From a virus, in IMG/VR virus record IMGVR_UViG_3300038701_001713: a stretch of 64,000 nt of DNA. One strand, written 5' to 3'. A program made the translations under genes and the position numbers. Below, in pieces: positions 7,290-16,998 of this stretch. How positions within the stretch are numbered: position 1 is the first letter of the stretch; every line of letters begins with the position of its first letter. Below the pieces are notes generated by a model. The model did not search any database and was not told the DNA's origin. It saw only the letters and a list, made by a program, of their open reading frames with translations.

Positions 7290-9031
7290 AACGGTATATC
7301 GTCAGCGTCACCCCAGTTTCGTTTCTTAACAGCCCCGTAAGGCTGCCCATTGTCCACGAACCCCTCTTGGCTGCCATAATAATCAATGGTCTGTTGTTTT
7401 TCCCAAATGGGAATTGAGTTAGGCTGTAGTCCTTTTACGTAAAACCTACCATAATCAAAGTAATAAGTAAAACTTTTTTTAGGTTGACCTAAGTGTTCGT
7501 GCTTTATTTTGAGGGTGTGAAACTCGGTTGTTTTGGCATCATAGTCCCTATACACCCCAAATCCGTTGTGTATTTGTGCCTCGAAGTCATTGGAGCCTTT
7601 TATATCACCTAGGGTGGGCATTATTTCCCTCTGTTTGTCGTCTTTTCTAGTTTTGGTAGGATGGGCTATTAGTTTAATAGAACTCTCTGTGGATGTACAG
7701 AAATCAGCCATTTCACGCATCACCTCTTCTATGCGTTCTACTTTGTTGGAACCACCTATTTTAACTTTATTAAAAGCATCTATAAGGAATATATCTATGC
7801 CTTTACGTTTTCTTATTTCCTCCATTTTATTGAACATCCAGTCCCAATCAACCCCTTGTTTAGGCATTACCATATACAACCTGCCTTCCGCCCATTCTAA
7901 ATATTGCTTTAATTCTTCACGGGTAAACCTAAAGTTCTTGTCCAAGTAAGTCTTACCTATAGCTCTACCAGCCCATTTAGATTGATATAAACCAATAGGC
8001 ATGTGTTCAGGAGAGAATACCGCTAGTTTAAGGTCGTGTTCATTTATTAGATTCATTAAGTACCACTCTGTCCAATTTGACTTTCCGTGTCCAGCTATTC
8101 CAGTGGTAACATCAAAAGTACCTTTAGAATGGGTAAATATCTTGTCTAAGTGACTGAAATAAGGATTGTTCTCCATTTTATACAACGTGTCCTCTATTCC
8201 ATGGTCGTAAAAAGAGTATATGTCGTATTCTAAGTCTTTAATAGAGTATAACCCATCAACAGGATAACCTATTTTATTAGTCATTATCCTAAGCAACTCC
8301 TCTTTTCCTTCCTCTACGAGTACATCGTTAGCGTCTTTGTATTTACCAAAGTCAACCCGCCAACACTTACTTTTACCTAGTTTTTGGAGTATGTCGTTTT
8401 CCAACTCCCGACCTGCTTGGTCATTATCTACGGCAATTACAATACTATATACGTCTTTGAAGTATTTTTTACAGTTGTCGTACACGTCGTTGAAATCTTT
8501 GGCTCCATTAGGTACTGAAATAACGTTTTTTATACCAACTTCCCATAATGCTAGCTTGTCAAACTCACCTTCTACTATTATTGTTTCTTTTTCTATATGG
8601 TTTAATCCATAGAATATTTTCTTAGCATCTTTAAACTGGGCAAAACGCTTTTTACCATCTCTGTACTTCTTGTTGTAAAGAATAGTGCCTTCATAGTAAT
8701 TGAATACAATACAGTTTCTGTTGGCTCCAGCGATATAATGCTGTTCTTCCCCTACATAGTTTTCTAATAGAGTGTTTTCCGAAATACCTCTTGATTTGCA
8801 GTATTCTAAGAATTTAGGGGAGTGTTTTTCTTCCCATTTTTGGGGAGGTAGGGAGTATTTGAAGTCTCTAATAGCTACTTCACCGCAATGATGGCACTTT
8901 GCCACTCCATCATTCAAGTTAACGGAAAGTGAACGGTCTGATTTATTCTTTCTCTCGTGTGAACAAGCGGGACATTTGTATTTATGTTGCCCAGATTGGT
9001 GTTTTATACCTATTTCACTCCATTCTATCAT
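7286..9031 (-). CDS. bifunctional primase-helicase (T7 gp4/Twinkle-like)
   Basis: N-terminal CPAC...CHHC zinc-binding domain, TOPRIM (IIVEGEFD, AVDND, KDAND), SF4 helicase Walker A GIAGHGKS, IDAFN, LIAHP. Confidence 0.92.
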   Translation of the reverse strand: MIEWSEIGIKHQSGQHKYKCPACSHERKNKSDRSLSVNLNDGVAKCHHCGEVAIRDFKYSLPPQKWEEKHSPKFLEYCKSRGISENTLLENYVGEEQHYIAGANRNCIVFNYYEGTILYNKKYRDGKKRFAQFKDAKKIFYGLNHIEKETIIVEGEFDKLALWEVGIKNVISVPNGAKDFNDVYDNCKKYFKDVYSIVIAVDNDQAGRELENDILQKLGKSKCWRVDFGKYKDANDVLVEEGKEELLRIMTNKIGYPVDGLYSIKDLEYDIYSFYDHGIEDTLYKMENNPYFSHLDKIFTHSKGTFDVTTGIAGHGKSNWTEWYLMNLINEHDLKLAVFSPEHMPIGLYQSKWAGRAIGKTYLDKNFRFTREELKQYLEWAEGRLYMVMPKQGVDWDWMFNKMEEIRKRKGIDIFLIDAFNKVKIGGSNKVERIEEVMREMADFCTSTESSIKLIAHPTKTRKDDKQREIMPTLGDIKGSNDFEAQIHNGFGVYRDYDAKTTEFHTLKIKHEHLGQPKKSFTYYFDYGRFYVKGLQPNSIPIWEKQQTIDYYGSQEGFVDNGQPYGAVKKRNWGDADDIPF

Positions 9032-9207
9032 ACAATTACTGTTATTTTTTTAGACTCCATCCATTCATCAGCCTCAACGTAAACCCCGTAATTAGGGTGT
9101 ATATTATGTGCATTTGATGCGGTTAATTTAGGGGTTGTGTTATCTGCGTGGGAAAAACCCCATACTCGATTATGCGTTAAAATCCAGTTTTTTGTTTTGA
9201 ATATCAT
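9028..9207 (-). CDS. YGVY-family microprotein C (59 aa)
   Basis: MIFKTKNWILTHNRVWGFSHADNTTPKLTASNAHNIHPNYGVYVEADEWMESKKITVIV*. Confidence 0.78.
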   Translation of the reverse strand: MIFKTKNWILTHNRVWGFSHADNTTPKLTASNAHNIHPNYGVYVEADEWMESKKITVIV

Positions 9208-9725
9208 AACTCTAAAAATTTATCTAACAATGAATGGTTTTTTACTAGTTTTTTGTTGAAGTATTTTTGGTCTGCTTGTTCTACCCACCTCAATATACAA
9301 TATGCATCTGCCGTACTAAGTGTTGCTTTAACTCCTTGCTCTATTGCCCATGTTTTAAATCTTTCTTTTCTTACTTTATAAGTATCTCCTTTAACCCTTA
9401 AATCCAAATCATTCATCCATTTTACTGGAGGTACTAATAAGTAGTCTATACCTAATAAATCATAAACTATTTTGAGTTCATGGATATGTTGCATAAAACT
9501 AGCTTCTGTTTTAGCGGAGCCTTTTGATGACTTCTGCATTGCCCATATATGTTCTTGGCATATCAATACACTTCCCTTCCTCTGTAAATCTCTGAAAAAG
9601 ATGAGTTTTTTAAGTATTCCTTTAGGCATATTGTGTAGGGAGTAACCCTCGTGTTTAACGGCTATCCCACCATTAGATTCACTGGGGTCAATCCCTACCA
9701 ATATGTCGTAACTCAAATGTTTCAA
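9204..9725 (-). CDS. RuvC-like Holliday junction resolvase
   Basis: ILVGIDPS N-terminal motif, internal QE, PPVKW, ADAYCI. Confidence 0.7.
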   Translation of the reverse strand: MKHLSYDILVGIDPSESNGGIAVKHEGYSLHNMPKGILKKLIFFRDLQRKGSVLICQEHIWAMQKSSKGSAKTEASFMQHIHELKIVYDLLGIDYLLVPPVKWMNDLDLRVKGDTYKVRKERFKTWAIEQGVKATLSTADAYCILRWVEQADQKYFNKKLVKNHSLLDKFLEL

Positions 9726-9749
9726 TTAATTTCTTTACCAGCGGTAATT

Positions 9750-10112
9750 TTAAAAAGGGAGGTCGTCCTCGTATTCTACTGGAGGAGGAGGAGGTGTCTG
9801 CGCCTGTTGCGGGGCGACTGGTCTCTCTTGGTTAATGCCATTTGTTCTAATGGATATACCTCCTAAATTAGTAAACCACTTACCTTGCCACTCTCTACCT
9901 CTTACTACCCATTTAACGGTAACCTGTTCGCCTTCACCAACAGTGTCCAGCAGTGCGGTTTTTTCTTGGGTAAACTCAATTGGGTAGTCATCAGTGAATT
10001 TTTTACCGTTGTAATCTTTATCAACGGACACTACGATTAACCTCTTGGAGAATTTTTCACTCACTTGTTCGGTTTCTCCAACCTTTTTTACATAACCTTC
10101 TACTTCGTACAT
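9750..10112 (-). CDS. DUF3127-family single-stranded DNA-binding protein
   Basis: VSEKFSKR, PIEFTQ, RGREWQGKWFTNL and acidic DDLPF tail. Confidence 0.8.
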   Translation of the reverse strand: MYEVEGYVKKVGETEQVSEKFSKRLIVVSVDKDYNGKKFTDDYPIEFTQEKTALLDTVGEGEQVTVKWVVRGREWQGKWFTNLGGISIRTNGINQERPVAPQQAQTPPPPPVEYEDDLPF

Positions 10113-10291
10113 ACTTTGTCTATTTTGATTAAATTTTGTTTTACTGTTTCTTGCATTTTTTCGTTTTCTTTTATTAACCTATTGGTGTCCACCATTAATT
10201 CTGCATATCCTTCCAGTAATTCCTGTAAAGCCTCCTCTAAAGTAGAGTTTGCGTTACTTACGTTTTCTATAAGTTTTGTGAGCTTGTCCAT
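10100..10291 (-). CDS. small coiled-coil protein
   Basis: 63-aa heptad-rich ORF. Confidence 0.5.
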   Translation of the reverse strand: MDKLTKLIENVSNANSTLEEALQELLEGYAELMVDTNRLIKENEKMQETVKQNLIKIDKVCTK

Positions 10292-10689
10292 TTTTCGTCT
10301 TGTTCGTATTTAATTTGGTTTGCCATTGCGTTTAATACTTCTTTGAGTCCATCGCACAACCACCTCAATTCCTTATACTCTGCGTGTATGTTAGCCTCTT
10401 CCTCTCTTTCTTGCTTTGTTTCGTTCTCTGCTATTATTTCTGCTTTACTTATAGTTGTTTCGTTAATTGCTTCTCTTTTTACTTTCCAGTATTTTTGTTT
10501 CCTAGCAGATTCAGCACGTATATACATAGCTTCCAATTGTCCAGTTAATGAAGCAAGTGAAGCGTAAAAAGAAGATAATTGTTGTTTTTGCCCTAATACA
10601 ATTCCTTTGTTTCCTTCGTTTTTGTATTTAGCCACTATATCAGCAGCCTGTTTTTTAATCGGAGCGAATCTTTCTAATAACTCTTTCAT
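10267..10689 (-). CDS. helical protein, possibly UvsY-like recombination mediator
   Basis: All-helical 140 aa next to SSB and resolvase. Confidence 0.35.
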   Translation of the reverse strand: MKELLERFAPIKKQAADIVAKYKNEGNKGIVLGQKQQLSSFYASLASLTGQLEAMYIRAESARKQKYWKVKREAINETTISKAEIIAENETKQEREEEANIHAEYKELRWLCDGLKEVLNAMANQIKYEQDEKWTSSQNL

Positions 10690-10841
10690 ACAACTACACT
10701 AATTTTAATAACAGCAACATAAACTCCGTAAGTGCTTTGGCTAATTTCATTATTACATGGAGTAATTTTAACAGCCTGCATAGAACTTAAAATAATCCAT
10801 CTCCCTATTGGCCACCTTACGTACTTGGATTTGTAAATCAT
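10686..10841 (-). CDS. YGVY-family microprotein D (51 aa)
   Basis: MIYKSKYVRWPIGRWIILSSMQAVKITPCNNEISQSTYGVYVAVIKISVVV*; TAACTTAG box (10846-10853) 4 nt upstream. Confidence 0.75.
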   Translation of the reverse strand: MIYKSKYVRWPIGRWIILSSMQAVKITPCNNEISQSTYGVYVAVIKISVVV

Positions 10842-10875
10842 GGCACTAAGTTAAACTAAATTTGGTTATTATACA

Positions 10876-11064
10876 ATGGAATATGGAGAAATATTGAAAA
10901 AAAGATTGGATGAGAGGTGTGTGTGTTATGCTAAACTCGCTAGGCACTTGGATATTACTCCCCAATATTTGAATTTTATATTTACTGGAAGTAGAAAACC
11001 TAGTTTAAAACTACACAATAAATTCAATGAGTTCGTTGTAGAGCCTATCCCATATTTTCATTGA
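10876..11064 (+). CDS. XRE/Cro-type HTH regulator
   Basis: YAKLARHLDITPQYLNFIFTGSRKPS helix-turn-helix; divergent from the replication operon. Confidence 0.75.
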   Translation: MEYGEILKKRLDERCVCYAKLARHLDITPQYLNFIFTGSRKPSLKLHNKFNEFVVEPIPYFH

Positions 11065-11260
11065 GGTGGTATTCCCTTTGTTCGGGGTCCATTCTTGCCA
11101 ATAATTCCTCTTCTTCTTGTAAAGAGTGCGCTATTGTTTTCCTTGGTTTAGGTTTATAAGTGTATATTCTTGGATTCTCGTTAAACCCATAAGGTAAATT
11201 TCCTTCTTCTACTTTGAAGTGGTATTCGTCAAAACTATTTATTGTGTTATTCCAATTCAT
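11045..11260 (-). CDS. hypothetical protein
   Basis: 71 aa; TATATTTA box 4 nt before ATG. Confidence 0.5.
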   Translation of the reverse strand: MNWNNTINSFDEYHFKVEEGNLPYGFNENPRIYTYKPKPRKTIAHSLQEEEELLARMDPEQREYHLNENMG

Positions 11261-11290
11261 TCTTTAAATATACAAAACATTTAGGAAATA

Positions 11291-11322
11291 AAAAACCCCC
11301 TACGGTTCGCACGGTAGAGGGT
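11291..11322 (-). terminator. terminator shared with 53026-53057
   Basis: CCCTCTAC-CGT-GCGA-ACC-GTAGGGGG stem-loop plus T run; 30/32 identical to second copy. Confidence 0.75.
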
Positions 11323-11389
11323 TAGCTAAGAGTGCGGCTGGTGCGCTGTTCTCATGGGTAGCGTCCGCACTACTATTATCATTAAATAC

Positions 11390-11516
11390 ATTGGTGGGCA
11401 GGGGTCGAACCTGCAATGACAGAGCGGCTGTTCCTAATTCACGTTCAATTAGGATTTAGTTTACTGACTAACCTCATTTAAACGACCACCGTGTTTACCT
11501 GTTTCACCACCACCAA
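11390..11516 (-). ncRNA. tRNA-like RNA 1 (about 127 nt, non-canonical anticodon domain)
   Basis: Acceptor TTGGTGG/CCACCAA, class-II-like D arm TGGTGAAACAGGTAAACACG, T arm GCAGG-TTCGACC-CCTGC; roughly 57-nt insert in place of the anticodon loop; no encoded CCA. Confidence 0.7.
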
Positions 11517-11535
11517 TGTAAAAGAACTTTCAATA

Positions 11536-11567
11536 CAAATATAGTGAATTAATCCATTCCGTGCAAA
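11536..11567 (-). promoter_or_regulatory. promoter for tRNA-like RNA 1
   Basis: TTTG-N20-TATATTTG, perfect Bacteroidota consensus. Confidence 0.75.
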
Positions 11568-13399
11568 TGTTTATTGAATTTTCCATCTACTTCACGTAAA
11601 TAAAGTCCAGCGGGTGAGTTCTTAATGTCTACTTTTTGATGGTGTATGTTGTAGTATGTAGGTTCTGTTTCACGGTTGCCACTTGTTGATCCGCAAATGT
11701 CTATTTCCCGCACTTTAATAGCGGGGTTGTTACCGTTTGGTATACTGTACCTTAACTGCACGATTGATGCAGAAGTTAATCCGCTTAGTTCAAACTTAAC
11801 ATAAGTATCGTTTTCACCTTTGCTTACCGTTCGTAATACGTTGCCGTTTATCAATAATTCAACACGTGAGCAAGCCCCTTGTATTCCGTTTCCGTTATCG
11901 AACCCGTCCCAGCTTTCAATAGTGTGCAATTCGTAGATGTTATCCAGTTGGCAGGTAACCGTAACGGTAGGGTCAACCGTTGTGAATATTGCTCTATTGG
12001 TATTTGTTAGATTGTCATCGTTAGCCGCATTTATTCCATTAGGTGTGCGCCCTTGGTCGATAGGCGCATCTGCTGCAACCGTAAAAGGAACTTGACCACA
12101 TAAAGTAATGACTTCTTCCATCTCTCCGTATACCCACACCTCTACTGGTTTAATCCTGCCGTTAAAATTGATAGTATCGGGGTCGTGCCACGTTAAATGC
12201 AGTACGTTGGTATATTGGTCCACATTAACAGATATACGCCCTGTACGGCTCGATTTTGATGTTAATTGACCGTTTACGGATACCCTTGTAGCACAGCCTT
12301 GCCAATCTACCCCGTTAAAGTACCCATCTAGCATATCTACATAGCAGATGTAAGTGCTATCGGGAAGTAAGAAACTAAAGGTAACTACATCGCTTTCCGT
12401 TACGAACCGCCCATTGTTTGTGGTGTCACCGTCCGTAATGCTGTTTTCATCTCCTTTTATTCCTGTTGTGTTCAGGGTTGGAGTTGGTAGCTCCAGTAAA
12501 TTACATATAGGTTCAGGTGTTATCGGAGTAAAGCAGTTTTTTAAAGGTCTGTTGTAAACCCCACTTAAAGCTGTGTGCATCAAATTAACTTGGCCCTGTG
12601 TGAATAGATTCATGCATGGGTCATTCGTGTAATCCATGTAGTTCTCTACCATATCGGTAGTTCCGCAGCTTATAGTGCCACGTGGGCATCCGTAGTTAGG
12701 TCCGTCACTTGGTGGTGTGTCCGCTATAAAGTCATCTTGCGTACATCCACCAGCACCCCAAATGTGTCTAAGGTCTAACCAATGTCCTATTTCATGCGTA
12801 AGGGTTCTACCACCGTTAAGGCTTCCAGTTCCACGCCCGAAGTATTGCCATCCGACCACTACCCCATCCTGTGTAGGTTGGTAACGGTAATACCAAGGGT
12901 AAGTGGCATAACCCAATAGCCCAGGAGTCAGATTACAAACCCAAACATTCAACACGCTATCTACTCTGTCACTACCACCTAAATCGGAACGCTTCATGCG
13001 GTCGGACGTATTGAACTCGTAAACATCCGTTTCTACCATTCGCACTTCTTGTAAGCAGAATGAAATATTGGCACTTGCAGCTTGAGGCCATGTGTTATCC
13101 CTATTCGGGTTTAATCGGTTAAAATCTTCGTTTATCACATCTATATTATCCTGCACCCGTGTTCCCGCTTGTTGCTGGGCGTAGTTGTTGTAGATGATAT
13201 GCACGACCACAGGAATAGTATATCCTTGGTTCGTGGTCTTTCGGGCTACCTGCGCATATTGCCGTGTTGCTTGCTCGGCTTGCTGAATTTGCTCGGTAGT
13301 ATAGTTCGCTTTGATGTATTCATCTGTTGCGCATTGAGCGTTACCTGTTACCGCATACAGTAACAAGGTTAAAATGGTAATTAATTTATTCATGTTCAT
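11549..13399 (-). CDS. secreted M43-family (ulilysin/pappalysin-like) zinc metalloprotease
   Basis: Signal peptide, TIPVVVHIIY, LGYATYP, DGVVV, GRTLTHEIGHWLDLRHIWG, NYMDY Met-turn; two repeated beta-sandwich domains; C-terminal AGLYL motif like a T9SS CTD. Confidence 0.9.
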   Translation of the reverse strand: MNMNKLITILTLLLYAVTGNAQCATDEYIKANYTTEQIQQAEQATRQYAQVARKTTNQGYTIPVVVHIIYNNYAQQQAGTRVQDNIDVINEDFNRLNPNRDNTWPQAASANISFCLQEVRMVETDVYEFNTSDRMKRSDLGGSDRVDSVLNVWVCNLTPGLLGYATYPWYYRYQPTQDGVVVGWQYFGRGTGSLNGGRTLTHEIGHWLDLRHIWGAGGCTQDDFIADTPPSDGPNYGCPRGTISCGTTDMVENYMDYTNDPCMNLFTQGQVNLMHTALSGVYNRPLKNCFTPITPEPICNLLELPTPTLNTTGIKGDENSITDGDTTNNGRFVTESDVVTFSFLLPDSTYICYVDMLDGYFNGVDWQGCATRVSVNGQLTSKSSRTGRISVNVDQYTNVLHLTWHDPDTINFNGRIKPVEVWVYGEMEEVITLCGQVPFTVAADAPIDQGRTPNGINAANDDNLTNTNRAIFTTVDPTVTVTCQLDNIYELHTIESWDGFDNGNGIQGACSRVELLINGNVLRTVSKGENDTYVKFELSGLTSASIVQLRYSIPNGNNPAIKVREIDICGSTSGNRETEPTYYNIHHQKVDIKNSPAGLYLREVDGKFNKHLHGMD

Positions 13400-13426
13400 G
13401 TTTCGGCACGTTTTCTCTCTTGGTGC

Positions 13427-13918
13427 CTAGGGTTTAAGTCTTGCATATACATATCCTCCCCCGAACCCAAGTCCAGTTCCAAGTATTGCATACCCAAATG
13501 GTTTCCAAAATAATTTTCTTCTTTGTTTTTTAACAGTTCTATCGTTAATCTCTCCTTGTTTTACTATTTTCTGGAAAGCAACGTACCCACTATCTACTAA
13601 AGCAGTCAAACTGTCATTGGCCTCTTCAAGGTTTTGATTGATTGTTTCTAAACCAAATATCTTAGATTGGTACTTTATGTTTAACTGGGTCAACCTTTCG
13701 TTTTTATCCATGTAAAAAGGTACTAATTCCAATAACCTATTAGTAACCATAGCTTGATTAGGGTCCTCTATTATAAACACCTGCCCTTTATATACCAACC
13801 TAGAGCCTCTGTATTCTTTACTTAAATCTATCTGCAATTGAGTTGATGATGAGCTTCCGCTTTGCGAGTATGCGGTCAACGAGGACAGTATCAGCAATAG
13901 TGTTAGTAGGTGTTTCAT
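13427..13918 (-). CDS. membrane/coiled-coil protein, spanin-like candidate
   Basis: Signal peptide, coiled coil, C-terminal TM; overlaps the next ORF by about 100 nt. Confidence 0.4.
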   Translation of the reverse strand: MKHLLTLLLILSSLTAYSQSGSSSSTQLQIDLSKEYRGSRLVYKGQVFIIEDPNQAMVTNRLLELVPFYMDKNERLTQLNIKYQSKIFGLETINQNLEEANDSLTALVDSGYVAFQKIVKQGEINDRTVKKQRRKLFWKPFGYAILGTGLGFGGGYVYARLKP

Positions 13919-14222
13919 ATTTAGTAATTGAGTAGTAAACAGTATCCTTTTCTAAATTGTATATTTCATCCTCTAATTCACATATGTATGCTTCAAGTGT
14001 CTTATTTTCATCGTAGAGGGTATTTAATCGAGTTCTAACGCTGTCTGTTTTAATTAACATGTTTCTACCTACTGGCGTTAGAGATACGTAGTCTAAAGGG
14101 TGTTTATATGCGTCTATTAAATAAAAGAAGATAATCGAAGCAAGAACGATTATTGTTAACTCTCTCCAGTATTTCTTAAGGATGGGTAGAAAGTTACTCA
14201 ATATGGATTTTAACACTATCAT
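13818..14222 (-). CDS. N-terminally anchored coiled-coil protein, i-spanin-like candidate
   Basis: TM segment ELTIIVLASIIFFYLI followed by coiled coil. Confidence 0.4.
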   Translation of the reverse strand: MIVLKSILSNFLPILKKYWRELTIIVLASIIFFYLIDAYKHPLDYVSLTPVGRNMLIKTDSVRTRLNTLYDENKTLEAYICELEDEIYNLEKDTVYYSITKYETPTNTIADTVLVDRILAKRKLIINSIADRFK

Positions 14223-16277
14223 GTATTATTCTTCTCGAAACCGTACATAAGGCTTAACACTTTATCTGTAAGTTTGGTTGCTTCTACTGTGTTAAGTACT
14301 TTGCCATATCCATTCGTGTTCGGAAGAGTATGGATGTTACGTTGGGTAAAGTGTTTTCTTATAACTTCCGAAATTGCTTCCGTTAAGTCTTCTTTAACTT
14401 CGTTTGAAAGTTCAGTAATTAATTCTTTTGAAGAAGGTAGTGGGTTGTTCATTATTTAATCCTGTTTAGGTGGTAGTATTAATCCCCCGCTAGGTATGTT
14501 GGTTCTTTAGTCATTGCTAATCTCCTAGTTTTACCGTTTCACGAGCTTCATCCAGTAGGCCTTTTAGCTCATCATCGGTAAGTATGTGAAATTTTATATT
14601 TATCCTTCCGTATCCTAAACCACCATCTGCGTAATAAGCAGGTATATAAGCTTCAATATTGTCGATACACTCTTGTAGCATTCTTTTCTTGATGTGCGCA
14701 AGATAGTCTTCGTTAGATATTGAGTATTGCTCTTGACGGTTTAATTCTTTTACGTTTTGTATTAGCATCACTTCTCTTTTAGTAGTTCGTCTAGTTGTTC
14801 TCTGGTGGTGGCTTTTCCTAGAAATTTGCCTTTTATTTTTATACTTATAGGTTTATAAACTTTAGCGGCTTTGTTATCTAATATTACAGTAATATTAGGG
14901 GTTACAAAAGTAGATTCAGCAAACGGGTATCTTCTTAACCCCTTCTCTTTAGTTAGGTACTCTTCTGTTATCTCTTCTTGTGGGGTCATTCTTTTATCTT
15001 AATGCTGCACGTATTCGCTTACTAATCTTGTTGTATCGCATCATTTCCTTATGGTGCGCACTCTTTCCCAAGATTAAGTCAATCATAACTGGATCATCTA
15101 ATTTCTTAATTTGTTTTTCATGCTCAATTCTAACTATTGTTGAGCGTCCAACCCCGTGTGGGTTATATGGGTTTGTTTTCATCGGTCTTTCGTTTATACT
15201 ACAACTACTTCTTTCATATCATCCCATCCATCAACATCATCTTTATCATCCTCTGAATAAATCTCAAAAGAATAAATCTCTCTTGGGTCTACCCTGAACA
15301 CACTAGGTGCATATTGCAGATAATCAAAAGCTTGATGTTCTCCAGAAACAACCACATCCATATCGGCATCCAGTTTAGACAAATGTTCTATCAACTCTTT
15401 AACTTTCATTCCTTTAGCTTTTCTTTTAGTTCTTCTATGGAGTTGGTTTCTAGTATAAAAACGCCGTTATCCGCTAAATAGAGTTTAACACTTCCGTCTT
15501 CATGTAGTCCGATATGATACACAGATACATCAGACTTAAAATAGTCTACATCATCATAATAAACTACAGAGTAAAACCCTTGCGGCAACCCTAGTATCTG
15601 TTCTTCTGTTATTCCTTGCATGGGGTTACATCTTGTTTTTTGATTAAATCTTCAGCCCCGTATTCCTCCCCGTTAATAATAAAGAACCAATAATCATATT
15701 CAGGCTTAAAAACTGGTTTCACTATCACATCTTTAAACCAACTAGGAATACTAGGCCATATAGTAGGGTCATCACCGTATTCTAAGTATGGGGTTTTAAA
15801 TTCCTCTGCTGTTATCATTGCTCTTTGTTTATTGGGGTGTAGGTTTTTTGAAAGTCTTCATTCGACATAGTATTAAGGCTGCTAAAACTCATTTCAAAGT
15901 CCATTGTAGTCAACCAGTCGTATAGTTTTATTTGATACACTCCCTGCCATCCACTTTCCTGTTTCTCGTCGACCAGTAAGCGACCGTCATTATGTTTTCT
16001 AAATGAATAATCCTCAAACGATTTCTCAAACTCATCAAGATTACCTCCCTTCCATTGTAAAGCGGTTACCTCTATCTCCCTCTTATGTGTTGTTTTCATG
16101 GTTTTTTTTAAAAGGCTTAAACTCTAGTACCCAACTCCAAATTAAGTCTATCGCTTTTAACGCAATCCATGTAAGCACATATATCGCTATCAAAGCAAAC
16201 CCGTCTGTAAATTCGATTACACCTAAGTCTAAATGTAACGTGTTGTAATCCATAGCTTCCTTCATTTCAAGTTCCAT
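14219..16277 (-). other. cluster of short hypothetical ORFs (14219-14452, 14517-14771, 14768-14989, 14994-15182, 15194-15409, 15406-15621, 15609-15818, 15815-16099, 16083-16277)
   Basis: Tightly packed co-directional 60-95 aa ORFs; none carries the YGVY motif. Confidence 0.6.
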
Positions 16278-16513
16278 TTACCATTAGGGAGTATTATTGT
16301 GTCGCCTATTTCAAATCCGCTAGATATGATTTGGCTTTGGGGGTTGTTAAGTCCAACAAACCCAAACCTAAGCTTATGCAACATATAATCTCCATCAGAT
16401 ACATAACAATGTCCCGCATCTTGCCAAATAAATAAAACTGGATGTTTTAGATTTTCTACACGTGTATAACACCCAATCCCTAACAACGCTATTATAATTA
16501 GTAAGTACTTCAT
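16262..16513 (-). CDS. small lipoprotein
   Basis: MKYLLIIIALLGIGC lipobox-like signal. Confidence 0.6.
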   Translation of the reverse strand: MKYLLIIIALLGIGCYTRVENLKHPVLFIWQDAGHCYVSDGDYMLHKLRFGFVGLNNPQSQIISSGFEIGDTIILPNGKWNLK

Positions 16514-16517
16514 TGTT

Positions 16518-16548
16518 CAAATATAAACAATGTTTCGGTAAAAGCAAA
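16518..16548 (-). promoter_or_regulatory. Bacteroidota promoter, probably leaderless
   Basis: TTTG-N19-TATATTTG then 4 nt to ATG 16513. Confidence 0.75.
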
Positions 16549-16998
16549 CTATTCGTCTACTATTTCTATAAATAGTTTACCTTTTTGTAGTTTTTCCTCG
16601 CAGTATTCGTATAAATGCTTGAACCCGCTCCATGTATGTTTTAAGGATAATTTTCCTGTGGTTACATCTTTATGTTGTTCATGCCCTACTAATATACATC
16701 CATCCGTGTGGGATTCTAATCTACCTGTGTGTATGTATATATGGGTGAAATTGGGTACTTTTTGTAGCTCTAGGTGCCACTTAAAAAACGAGTACCTTTC
16801 TCTGTATTTTTTGGTTAAAGGGGATAATACTTTTCTGAATTTTATCTCGTATATCCCACAAGGTATTCGGGTTTCTCCAGTTAATTTCTTCTCTCTGTGT
16901 TCATCTTCTAGCGTGTAAGAGAAGTCATCACCATAATATAATATTCCTATGGTTTCATTACCGTTGTCAAATAATCTTTTTAGTTTTATGACTGCCAT
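16549..16998 (-). CDS. DUF5675-family putative endolysin
   Basis: TIGIL...YTLED...ETRIPCGIY...VPNFTHIYIHTG...TDGCILVG motifs. Confidence 0.75.
   Translation of the reverse strand: MAVIKLKRLFDNGNETIGILYYGDDFSYTLEDEHREKKLTGETRIPCGIYEIKFRKVLSPLTKKYRERYSFFKWHLELQKVPNFTHIYIHTGRLESHTDGCILVGHEQHKDVTTGKLSLKHTWSGFKHLYEYCEEKLQKGKLFIEIVDE

Noticed and set aside
11390-11516. Calling a standard tRNA-Lys(TTT) or tRNA-Asn(GTT)
   Set aside because: No 7-nt anticodon loop with U33 can be formed without removing about 50 nt; kept as tRNA-like only.
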